A program made the position numbers and the translations under genes. A stretch of 64,000 nucleotides of DNA from Squalus acanthias (Eukaryota): contig CM059431.1 of the NCBI GenBank assembly GCA_030390025.1, positions 128,900,001 through 128,964,000 of the forward strand. Direction: 5' to 3'. Shown piece after piece: positions 52,891-63,639 of this stretch; position 1 is the first letter of the stretch, and each line of letters opens with the position of its first letter. The notes under the pieces are model-generated. The model saw only the letters and a list, made by a program, of their open reading frames with translations, made no database searches and was not told the DNA's origin.

Positions 52891-53925
52891 TGATCGAAGG
52901 CTTCCTGCGTGCTCAGGCCTCCGATCTGGAAAAAATCTACGCCCTTACCTGAGGGCTCCGGAGGTCCAGACATTTCCGCTCCTGAGCCTCTGCTCTATGA
53001 AATGCGCAGGGCGTCCCTGAGATCACGTGGGCCATGGGGAAACAATCAAAGAAGCGAATCCCCCTTCACACTTTTGACAGGTCTCTCAGCTTAGACCTGT
53101 CAAATGTATGAATGGGAATCACTCAAAAAACATCAAAATATTAAATACATTTTTTTTAAATCACTTTTTAAAATTAGTTAAAATTAAATTAAATATTTTA
53201 AACAAAAATTTAATTTTTTGAAAACATTTTTTTTTTTACGGGGCTAAAAATAAACTTACCTTTTCAAAAGTATTTTTATTTTTTTTAAACTCTTATGCTG
53301 GTAAAAGCAAGCCTTACACCTGCTTTTACCAAGCGTAAGATTTTTAAGGGATTTCAGCGGGCGGAGGTTCTGCAGAAAGCGGAACTCTCCACCCGCAGAG
53401 GTCCTTCTCCAGGGCAGGCGGAGGATCTGTCAAGAGCATTCTTGACAGATCGGAAGTGCCGGTTTTCAGCGCATGTGCTTCGCAAGCCTGAAACCTGCAC
53501 TTGCGAGGTCCCTACGGGTGTGTACACACCTCGTACGCACCTGTAGGGATCGGAAAATACGGGCCAATGTGTAGCTGGATTGCAACAAACAGTAATGCAT
53601 TATGCAAGTGAATGCTTCCCTGGGAACTGCACAATACATTGGCCCCGATATTTACAGGGAGAGTGCAACGGGGTGGCGGGGGGCAAAAACGGCTGAAGAA
53701 CCTGGCAAGGCCAGGGATGTGGAAGTCCTGCTGAACATAATGGCAGGATCTCATTTATATTTTTTTGATCCGTTTCCCACCTGGCACCTGGCCAAATTGA
53801 CAGCCTGGCCTGCAGCCAGGAGGAAGAACTAACGGCAGGAAGCCACAGCCGGGGACCCTTGGGGATGGTCCCAAGCAATCGGGATGGGGGAAGGTCGGAC
53901 ATCGCGGCTTTGGGGGGAGAGCGAG

Positions 53926-54127
53926 GACATCGGGGCTGGAGGGAGTGAAAGGACATCGGGGCTGGAGGGAGTGAAAGGACATCGGGGCTGGAGGGAGTGA
54001 AAGGACATCGGGGCTGGAGGGAGTGAAAGGACATCGGGGCTGGAGGGAGTGAAAGGACATCGGGGCTGGAGGGAGTGAAAGGACATCGGGGCTGGAGGGA
54101 GTGAAAGGACATCGGGGCTGGAGGGAG
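53926..54127 (+). repeat. 26-bp minisatellite, about 8 copies
   Basis: Unit gacatcggggctggagggagtgaaag. Confidence 0.95.
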
Positions 54128-54169
54128 AGAGAAGAAGTGATCGGCAGAGGGGAGGCCAAAGTTTTTTTT

Positions 54170-56524
54170 TATTCGTTCCAGGGATGTAGGCGTCACTGGC
54201 AAGGCCAGCATTTATTGCCCATCCCTAATTGCCCTTGAGAAGGTGTTGGAGAGCTGTCTACTTGAACCGCTGCAGTCCTTGTGGTGAATGCGCTCCCACA
54301 GAGCTGTTAGGGAGGGAGTTCCAGGATTTTGAAGGAACAGCGATATATTTCCAAGTCAGGATGGTGTGTAACTTGAAGGGGTACTTGGGAGCTGATTTTG
54401 CCAATGGGGACGTGATGGAGGCGGGGCTACTGCTTGTTGGGTTTTAATCCCGCCTCCATCGACTTGTGGCCAATCCACGCTATTTTCCCTTGATTGACCT
54501 TGTTAAGCCCGCCCAGCAGGTTTAGCAGGCCAATTAAGGGAAAGCCGGTGACAGAGAACGTCAGCGTATCAGCTTTGAGAAGCTGTCAAACACTGACATT
54601 CTCTGTTGTTTGGTGAGTCCTTGTATTCAAGACTCACCAAACCTATTTCCTGAGCAGAAATCAGATGGCTGTTGCATCAGAGAATGCAGCAGCCATTCTG
54701 TCATCTCTGCTGTGGAGATGCCGGAGCCTCCAGATCCCCACCGATTGAAGCCTGCAGGAAGAAACAAAGGTAAGGAAGCTTTTTCGAAGACTTTTCACTC
54801 ACCTCACATACTTACCTCTCCACACTTGCACCCATCACTCACCTCCACAGCGGACTTTTCGACCCCTCTCACCCCCGCAGACCCACTGCTCGCCTCGCTG
54901 ATCCTGGCGGGGTTTCCCGATGTCGGGAAGCCCGCACTTGTGTTGGAAAAATGGGGATAATCCTCTTAACTGCCTGTTAACTACCTGTTAACAGGCAGTT
55001 AAGTGGCTGTAATCCCCTTCCCGCCTCGAGGAGACGGGTCCCAGCGTGAGTCAGGGACCCGCCTCCTGGGACGATGACACGAGGTGGGTTGGGGGCGGGT
55101 TTGGTACCCGCTCCAAGTTTCTGCCATTTTCCCGGCAGTCCCGCCTCCATACCCACCTCCCCAGGGCTGGCAAAATCGCCCCCAAAGTGTTCCAATGCGC
55201 CTGCTGCCCTGTCCTTCGAGCTGGTAGAGGTCGCGGGTTTAGGAGGTGCTGTTGAAGAAGCCTTGGCGAGTTGCTGCAGAGCATCTTGTAGATGGTACAC
55301 ACTGCTGCCACGGTGCGCCGATGGTAGAGGGAGTAAATATTTAAGGTGGTGGATGGGGTGCCGACCAAGCGGGCTGCTTTGTCTTGGATAGTGTCTAGCT
55401 TCTCGAGTGTTGTTGGAGCTGCACTCATCCAGGCAAGTGGAGAGTATTCCATCACACTCCTTACTTGTGCCTGGTGGAAAGGCTTTGGGGAGTCAGGAGG
55501 TGAGACACTGACCACAGAATACCCAGCCTCTGACCTGCTCTTATAGCCACAATATTTATGTGGCTGGTCCAGTTAAGTTTCTGGTCAATGGTGACCCCCA
55601 GGATGTTGATGGTAGGGGATTCGGCGATGGTAATGCAGTTGAATGTCAAGGGGCGGTGGTTAGACTCTCTCTTGTTGGAGATAGTTATTGCCTGGCACTT
55701 GTGTGGCACAAAAGTTACTTAGCACTTATCAGCCCAAGCCTGAGTGTTGTCCAGGTCTTGCTGCATGCGGGCATGGACTGCTTCACTATCTGGGGAGTTG
55801 TGAATGGAACTGAACACTGCGCAATCGTCAGCGAACATCCCCACTTCTCACCTTATGATGGAGGAAAGGTCATTGTAAAGCAGCTGAAGATGGTTGGGCC
55901 TAGGACACTGCCCTGAGGAACTCCTGCAGCAGTGTCCTGGGTCTGAGATTATTGACCTCCAACAACCGCAACCATCTTCCTTTATGCTAGGTATGACACC
56001 AGCCAGTGGAGAGTTTTCCCCCTGATTCCCATTGATTTCAATTTTACTGGGGCTCCTTGATGCCACACTCAGTCAAATGCTGCCTTGATGTCAAGGGCAG
56101 TCACTCTCACCTCAACTCTGGAATTCAGCTCTTTTGTCCATGTTTGGACCAAGGCTGTAATGTGGTCTGGAGCCGAGTGGTCCTGTTGGAACCCAAACTG
56201 AGCATCGGTGAGCAGGTTATTGGTGAGTAACTGCTGCTTGATAGCACTCTCGATGACACCTTCCATCACTTTGCTGATGATTGAGAGTAGACTGATGGGG
56301 CGTTAATTGGCCGGATTGGATTTGTCCTGCTTTTTGTTGACAGGACATACCTGGGCAGTTTTCCACATTGTCTTGTAGGTGCCAGTGTTCTAGCTGTACT
56401 GGAACAGTTTGGCTAGAGGCGCGGCCAGTTCTGGAGCTCAAGTCTTCAGCACAACAGCCGGGATGTTGTCGGTGCCCATAGGTTATGCTGTATCCAGTGC
56501 GCTCAGCCATTTCTTGATATCACA
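54170..56524 (-). mobile_element. LINE RT region (family of 44736-47980), host of the provirus; continues at 63849-64000
   Basis: Colinear with 44740-46310; DAQFGFQQDHSAPD, ALDIKAAFD. Confidence 0.88.
54387..55183. mobile_element. Harbinger-type MITE nested in the LINE
   Basis: gggagctgattttgcc...ggcaaaatcgccccc inverted ends; LINE sequence resumes after it. Confidence 0.65.
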
Positions 56525-57318
56525 TGTAAGGGTGTGGGTTGTGATAAGAGTCAGCCTTTCCCCTGACTCAGTGAGCGGTTCGAATCGCTCCCACGCCCCA
56601 GGTTCAAAACTTGGACTTATTTAGGGGTTGTGAATAAAGATGCAGTAGACCACAGGTTCCAATGAAAGAACTATAACTTTTATTAAATTTAAAAGGTAAC
56701 AAACTTAAACACACTTCACACTCAAACAGGTTTGGGGAGCACACGGTTACAGGCAAGGAAAATGACAGTATACAAGAAAAATAAAAACCTTTATCCCTCC
56801 CAAAAAATCCCACTCCTAGCTAGGTTTCGGTTTCAGGAGATCAGGGATAATGCTCACCAGACAGGGGTATTAACAATCCGAAATGCAGCCAGGTAAGTCG
56901 ATGGTGATTCTGGTCATCGAACGTCTTCCTTTACCTTGTGGCTTCTGGGCAGTGCTGCCAGAGACCCCTTGCTTCCAGCGTAGTCGGTCGAGTCGAAAGG
57001 AGAGAGAAACCTTGGGTCCTGCTGCAATTATAGTCATTTTCGCCTCCCCCCCCCACCACAAACTCCTCATGAAAAAAACTGGTTTCGTAATGCAGTGAGT
57101 TTTCAGGTGAGGCCTGTTCATTGTCTTGTTGAAATTTTGTTGGGCTCTGTGTTTTGGGTGGGGCAGTTTTTCCCCAGAGCCTATTCGCCAAATGGTGATG
57201 TTTTGCTGGTCTTTTGAATTCCCAGACCAGGCACGTTTCCTTTACATTTCCAAAGTCTTTATTTTTTTTTTCCTTTCGATATATGTTTTGGGGATCTGCA
57301 AATTTTGGAAATCTTACA
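56525..57318 (-). repeat. 3' LTR (about 794 bp)
   Basis: TGTAAG...CTTACA perfect 6-bp inverted termini; preceded on - by purine-rich gcaggagggac (57319-57329). An alternative boundary at 57431 (aaaggggaa-TG) cannot be excluded. Confidence 0.75.
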
Positions 57319-57607
57319 GTCCCTCCTGCGATACTTCAGTTCACTACAGTATCGTCCTGGGTGGACAAAATTCCTGATCCCCGAAAACCAACCTTCCCCT
57401 GTATTACCTAAACTAAAACCCCAAACATACATTCCCCTTTAAATGTGGTGTTTTAGGTACATACAGGTAAGAAAATCTTTATTTCACAACCAAGCACGGA
57501 GAGGGTCCGACACCCCTGCACTGCTTGGGAAAACACATATCTTTATTACAAAGAACAAAACACAAAAAAAGCAACAATCTTTATTCAGGAACACAGAATA
57601 AAAACAT

Positions 57608-60600
57608 TCAAACAGGTGTATCTCTCTCCACCTCAGCATAATGCTTCCTCCAAGTCCTTTCATTTCGGAACTGTAGTATTCTGCCCTTTCCCTTGCACTG
57701 AGTGCACACCAGGTACAATACTATTCCCAGTTGGCAAGCTACGAGGAGGTGGGAAGCCATTCTGACCCATGAAGGGACCTCTATGTTTTCGAAGATGTCC
57801 CACCAGGGTGGGACTGTGATACCTTGAATCTCTCGCTCTATCTCGTGTGTATTCTGTTCTAAAGTGTAGAAATGTTTTTGAGCGAGCTCTACAGCTTTAA
57901 GTAGGATGGTAAGATGTTCGGGTAGAGGGGGTATTTTATATCCAAAGTAAGTCACATACTTTTGCAGGTTGGTGATGTTTTCTGTTACAGTGAGGTGAAC
58001 AGTGGAGGGTTCGGGAATGGGGACAATCCGTTCCTGGGCCACTTGAACTTCTGCCTCGGGTTTAAAGCAGAAACTGCTGTCACTTACCGGACACCAGAAG
58101 TGTCCATGCTGGTAGTGGGACGCACCTGTGGTGACACAATGGGCCAAAAATTGATCCCGCTGCGCGAGAGTACGCACTGCGTACTCTCGCGTATTCTCTC
58201 TCCAATTGCCGGTTTTCTGCATGCCCTGCGCATGCGCTGAAAACCGGCACTTGGTCTTTGGAAAAGGGGGCGGTTCCTCGGTGCACAGCGTGCGCGCTAC
58301 AGGCTGCGCGCACGCTGTGCACTTAGTGCTTTGGACGCGCAGGTAAGGACGGAAGATTTTAGAAATGGAAAAAGGAGGAGTAAGACCCACTTTTAACAAG
58401 GTAAGTAGTGAATTAAGTATTTTTTTGAATTTTTTTTAACAGGTATATCTTTTTTAGAGACTTTAAAGACAGGTAAGTTTATTTTTATAACTTTTTAAAA
58501 GATTTTAAATGTTTTCAAAAATTTAATTTTTTATTTAAAATGGTTAATTTATTTAACTATACTTATTTTATTAATGTGATGGTTTTTAAAAAAAAATTAA
58601 TTGAGGTTTAGCTGTTATTTTGGGGGTGTGTAAGATTCATAGCTTTCACAGCACGTATGTGAAACTTATGAATGGAAGATGGTGTGCTGCCATTGGCTCT
58701 AACTGAGTCACGTGATCCCACAGCTCGCACGAATTCACTACGCCGGTGGGATACGCAAGCACTGCCCAGCTGATGTCTGGAACATCAAGTTCGTGCGAGC
58801 TGGATCTGAAAAAGCCAACGCGGAGTGAGAGATCGCGCCTGCTCCTTACCCCCGCGGGAACAGAGCGAGATCAATTTCTGAGCCAATATGTCCCACCCCC
58901 TATATATGCGACCTGTGGGGAAACATGGCCGTGTGCCATCACCTCCATGGTACAATTGATAGGTCGTGCGCCAGCAGCTTTAAACCCGCACTGTGGTTTG
59001 GAATAGGCGTTCAAGTGCTGGGGACACAGTATTATGTGTGAACCCCGGCTCCGGCACCCGGATAGGTCATTACCTGTCATGGCGTGCTCCCACTTTATGA
59101 CATAAGGTGGGACCGCTGTAAAACGGATGGGTGCACCCCCTTGAATGACTCCAATGTTCTCCACCCTGTATACCGGTACGGGTCGGGCTGTCCCACTCAT
59201 GACCGGCATTCTCACTACTATCCCCATGATAGTGTGATTTGAACGCCCACAATCTATTGGGACAGGGTAGGCTTCAGAGGCTAGACAAAATTGGCATGGG
59301 CTCAGCAAATTACTAAACGGGTGGAGGGCTGCGAGGTGCTTGTTGCTGATCCAGGAGGGGACTAAACCTTGCTTTAAATCCTCCAGGTTGCTACGGCCCT
59401 CGCCCAGCAACCATGCCCCGTACAGCACACACACCTCATTCTGTGCAGCCTGATCCGATGCTTTCCTATCCTCCCGTATGAGTGCATTTACTGTTTTGGC
59501 ATGCCTTTCCAATTCTGCAATAATTTCCTTTAAATGAACCGTCATAGCTTGGTCCTCATGTCGCTCTGAGCCTACCACTGTGTTCCCATCCTTCAGGATC
59601 TTTCTTAACTTGGTTTTTAAACCATTTATCTGTGTCTGTAATTCCATGTCATCCAGGCTATTTATTACAGAGGACCCTGTACTATAGGCAGTGAAGACAT
59701 CATTCCAGGCTCCCCTTCTTTGTCTACCCGTGCCCATAGGGTTCTCAGGGTGTATTCTGCATAGCTCTACTTTGTCTAATATTGGCAAAATCAAATTCGT
59801 AAAATTTCCTAAACATTTCCTTTAGCAGGGCCTGGTACAGTTGCTCCGTCTCCTTAGGACACCACTCAGGTAAGTATACCTCGGTGAGGTTTAATATTAC
59901 TGAAGCTACTGCATAGTGTACCCCCTGGTATAGTACCTTTTCGGTTGGTACTAGGACTAACCCATTCCCTGGTCCCTTGGTGGTGGTAGGGCACTTTTCT
60001 TCCAGGGTTTTCGGTACCTGGGTCGTGGGTAGGGGCTTTCGGGTGTGTGCCACGAGTTCAGTGGCATTAACTGGGACCAGAATGTGTGGGACCACGCACC
60101 CATGCAGGCTAGAATCCCACCCTGTCCCCTCCCCGGCATCCTGCCATTGGCTGGAGAAGATGATGGATACCCCTGTGGGGCAGGCTTCCTCTGATCCCCA
60201 CATACAAACATAGACTCCCTGTTCCGACTCCCACCACTTATCCCAACAAACACTGACTCCTCCTTGGGTCCCTGTGATTGTCCGGTGGGTGTCGTTCCCT
60301 AATCTTTCCCAGTCGGCTGTATGGTCCCCTGCGTCCCTGCTCAGCTTCCTGAGCCACCACCACCTATTTAGGGGAATTCGTCCCTTACAGGTAAGGCACA
60401 CACGCTTCCCCTCGGTGACACTGACCCTTGTGGCAACGACCTGTATTCTGGGGCATGGGAGGGAGGCCTCCCCGTACGTGAACCCGGGCTGGTTGGAGTA
60501 TTTAGTAGAGTTGGACCCCAGCCACCCTGGCCACCTTCCCTCATGGAAGTAGATGGCGTGCTCCTCCACTCCCCGCTCGCCACCCCCTGCGGTGACGACT

Positions 60601-60704
60601 GGTGCTCTCACTCCTGAGCACCCATAGATGTTGGAGTCCTCCACGTCACCTCGCCTCCCAGCGCTCATTCCTATCAGAGAGAGTAGGAGTATGCCCCCCT
60701 TCAT
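57608..60704 (-). pseudogene. env: env-like glycoprotein (about 780 aa reconstructed): signal peptide, Ig-like domain, RQRR furin site, heptad repeat, Cys-rich ectodomain, TM; one frameshift near 59780 and a MITE insertion
   Basis: MKGGILLLSLIGMSAG; VSVTEGKRVCLTC..W..EQGVYVC; RQRR|GAWNDVFTAYSTGSSVINSLDDMELQTQINGLK; TM MASHLLVACQLGIVLYLVC; removing the MITE restores GGGTY-CVTTG in frame. Confidence 0.85.
58141..58884. mobile_element. Harbinger-type MITE inserted in env
   Basis: TIRs gggccaaaaattgatc and gatcaatttctgagcc; AAT TSD at 58138-58140 and 58885-58887. Confidence 0.92.
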
Positions 60705-60718
60705 ATCGACAATCCCTT

Positions 60719-60745
60719 CTGTAAGGAGACACAAGAGCATATAGC
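60719..60745 (-). promoter_or_regulatory. Putative env splice acceptor
   Basis: Minus strand ctcttgtgtctccttacAG lies 14 nt upstream of the signal-peptide ATG (60704). Confidence 0.6.
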
Positions 60746-61017
60746 CAGGTCCCGAGTAGATTCTCTGGCTTGGGTGAAGCATAGTCGGTTCTTGCGACCT
60801 CGACTCAATACAAAACACTCTTGAAATTATAACATTTTAAAACTACCAACGACCTTACTTAAAATTTAACTAAAAACACCCAAACTTAACAATCTCAAAA
60901 TTTAATAAACAAAAGCTATGTACATTCGCCGCCCGTCTCCGGACGGCTAGCCTAACTCCTGTCAGGACTGCAGCACCCTACTCCCTTTGGTGTGGCCGCC
61001 CTGTCCTGTACCTTTGG

Positions 61018-61806
61018 TCACTTGCAGCCTATGGCTGCTGGCCGGGAACCTCTGTCCTCAGATCGGCCCCTGGCTTGAGGGGCGGCCCTTTTAAATTGGG
61101 GAGCCGGTGACCACGGTTTCTTTGGCTGTGGCGTACGTGGGGACCTTTTAGGGGCTCTGGCTGGTGGGGGTTTAACATGAGCCACTGCCCCCTGTTGTGT
61201 GGTCTGTGAATCTTCCACGGCCACTGGCTGGGGATTTCTATCCTCAGGCTGTACCTCTCCTAAACCTGTTTCAGGGTCAAGTGACTCTTCGCCGCCTGGT
61301 GCTGGTTCAACTCCTGGTTCGGGGGCGGGGCTATCTGGTTCGGGCTTCTCCTCCTCTAAATCCCAGAGGATTGGGGGAATGTCCCAACCGGTGGGTGGGG
61401 GTGGGGTGGCCCCTCCCCTAAGACAAGCCACTGCGCCTGCTTGTGCATTCTGTGAAATCTCGCCTGCTGGAGGTTGCAGATTTCTATTCTGTTTTAGTTT
61501 GGGCAACTCTGCTACCATGGCTTGCAACTGCGGGGTGGTGAATTCCCCCGGGGTTGTTGATCAAACCATCCCTCTGGCTTTGGATAGGGCTTGGGTCAGA
61601 CCTATTATCCTTTCCTCACAGGGCCCATGGTTTAAATCCTCATACTCCCTGCTCCTGGCCACCCTGTAGGCTGCCTTTATGTCTCTAAGCTGCCCTTCTA
61701 GCCCGTCTACTTTCCCCATTAAGCGGACGTTCTCCTCCCGTAAGGCCTGCTCATTTAACCTGGCCTCCTTACGGGAGGTCTCTTCCTGTGTGTGTCTTTC
61801 AAGGGG
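61018..61806 (-). pseudogene. ORF-X: gag-paralogous coiled-coil segment plus Pro/acidic/basic tail, internal TGA at 61561-61563
   Basis: EARLNEQALREENVRL...IKAAYRV...NHGPCEERIIGLTQALSKARGMV* continues in frame into ORF 61018-61527. Confidence 0.7.
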
Positions 61807-61836
61807 TCACAGGTAGGCAGGCTGTGCTGGTTCCAG

Positions 61837-63637
61837 TCAGAAGTCTGGGTTGTATGGGGCTGCTGCTACCTTCCCTGGGCCAGTCAATAGGGACCTCATG
61901 GCGTCCAAAAATGACTCGACTGTGGCGGGAGGGATCCCTGCCTCTGCCTTTTGGGCTGGGGCTGAGGAATTCTTTCCCATGTTATCCTTCCAAGGATTCT
62001 TACACTCCTTCCTCCAGTGACCATCCTTCCCACACCCATAACAGTTAAGCTTTGTGCTGGAAGGGTTATTCCCCTCCTGATGCCACTCCTTCCTACTCTG
62101 GCCGGGTTTTATCTCATGTACTTTCCCTTTTTGTGGGGGCTCTTCCGCCCCTCTCCCGTTCCGGTAGGCCAGGTTCAGCTGTCTGACCACTGCCTCTTCG
62201 GTGCCCCGGGGGTCTTTCGGGTCAAACCAAAGCTCAGCCTGGGTTTTGATCCAAGGCAAGCTGTTTGCCACTAGGCTACGGAGCCAGTGGGCCAGCTCGT
62301 CCCGGTTTATGTGAGCCCTATTAAGATCCCCACCACAAGCACCCCTGTACACGGGCCACAGCCTGTCTGCAAAAGCCTGTGGGGTCTCTCCTGCGAGCTG
62401 CACTGTTTTCTCCACCCGGGAGAAAGGACTTTCCTCATTCATCCCCATTGCCTCTAAAACTTCCTCAGTGTTGGCCGCATACCCATTCTGTCCTCTCTTG
62501 CTCTCAGCAGAGAGAGACTGATATAACCGGCTGTCCAGTGAGAACAGGAGCATTTTTGCCATCTCGGCATCGTCACAGCCGTTAATGCTTGCTGCCTGTT
62601 CTATCTCTATGAAGTGAACTGAGGGGTCCCCTTGTTGGGTGAGTTTACTCAGGTGGCTTACCATAACCCTAAGCTGTTGTGTACCGTGGGGAGCCACGAA
62701 CTGGCTTTGGAGGGGTCCCGCCTCCCCGTTATCAGCGGGTGGGCCAAATCTGTCCTGCCGGGCCGGGCACATCGGCCCCGGTCCCAGCCTCTCTTGCGGG
62801 GTTTTTTTCCACCTCAGCTTCTGCCCCTAACTCCACCCCTTCTTCTTGCCAGACTGCGCTAAAGCTTGGCGCTATGGGTGGTGGTTGTGGGCCCTCCCGC
62901 TCCTCAACCGGGTCGTCCCTTGGCGCTATCTTTGGTGTCTGAACCGTTCTCCCCAGGTTCCCTGTAAAGTCGACCTGGGCTGCACTTGGGCTTATGAGGC
63001 ACACCACGCCTCTTGCCTTCCTTAGAGCAAGGCTGAGACTCTCTATCTGCTTCTGGCAGGGGCCGTGGTCCGCACCCTCAAACCCCTGTGCGCTCATTAC
63101 CTTATAGGCTGCCTGTAAGCCTTTTACTGTCTCCTCCTGCTCTCTTACTTGTTTTGCCAGGCGGGCATTCTTTTCCCGCAACCTCAGCTCATTGTTCTTG
63201 GCCTCAGTGACCTGGCACTGTAAGTAATCCTGTCGGGTCTTGTGTTCCCCCACTAACTGCACCCTTTCCTGGTTTAGTGCCTGCAATGCTAACAGTAACT
63301 TCTCCCCTGCTAGGGCCTTCGTTTGGACTTCCAGGGCCGACTCCCGAATCTCGGCTGCCTGTGCTTCAACGAGTCTGTCCAAAAGTTGAATCTGTTTCTT
63401 GAAGCACATCAGCCAGACTGCCTTTTCTAAGGATTTTTTATGATCCTTCCCTTCTGTCCATTTAGCTGCTGCATCTACCGGGCGCCCAGTTTTTAATAGA
63501 TTAGTGACCCACTTCTTTTCCATATTCACTTTGCTGAATACATAATCTGAAATCCTCTCTTCCATTACAGTTCTCTCTTCTGAATCAGTGTCTACTGCTT
63601 CACAACCCTTTTGCCAAGTCTTTGCCACGGTCGCCAT
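61837..63637 (-). pseudogene. gag: gag (N-terminal coiled coil, capsid-like region, CCHC zinc knuckle), one frameshift near 62750
   Basis: Overlapping ORFs 62732-63637 and 61837-62772; CYGCGKDGHWRKEC = CX2CX4HX4C; located directly after LTR/PBS. Confidence 0.85.
63615..63636 (-). promoter_or_regulatory. Primer-binding site, tRNA-Arg-like
   Basis: TGGCGACCGTGGCA begins 3 nt after the LTR end (...TTACA aaa TGG) and resembles the complement of the vertebrate tRNA-Arg(TCG) 3' end, recalled from memory. Confidence 0.7.
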
Positions 63638-63639
63638 TT

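Noticed and set aside
53600..54211. Repetitive ORFs / CRISPR-like periodicity
   Set aside because: Head-to-tail 26-bp minisatellite with no unique spacers, in a eukaryotic context
58141..58399. N-terminal part of ORF 57608-58399
   Set aside because: Derived from the inserted MITE; only the part from CVTTG onward is env
61199..61669. 156-aa + strand ORF inside the provirus
   Set aside because: Antisense to ORF-X, low complexity, no independent support
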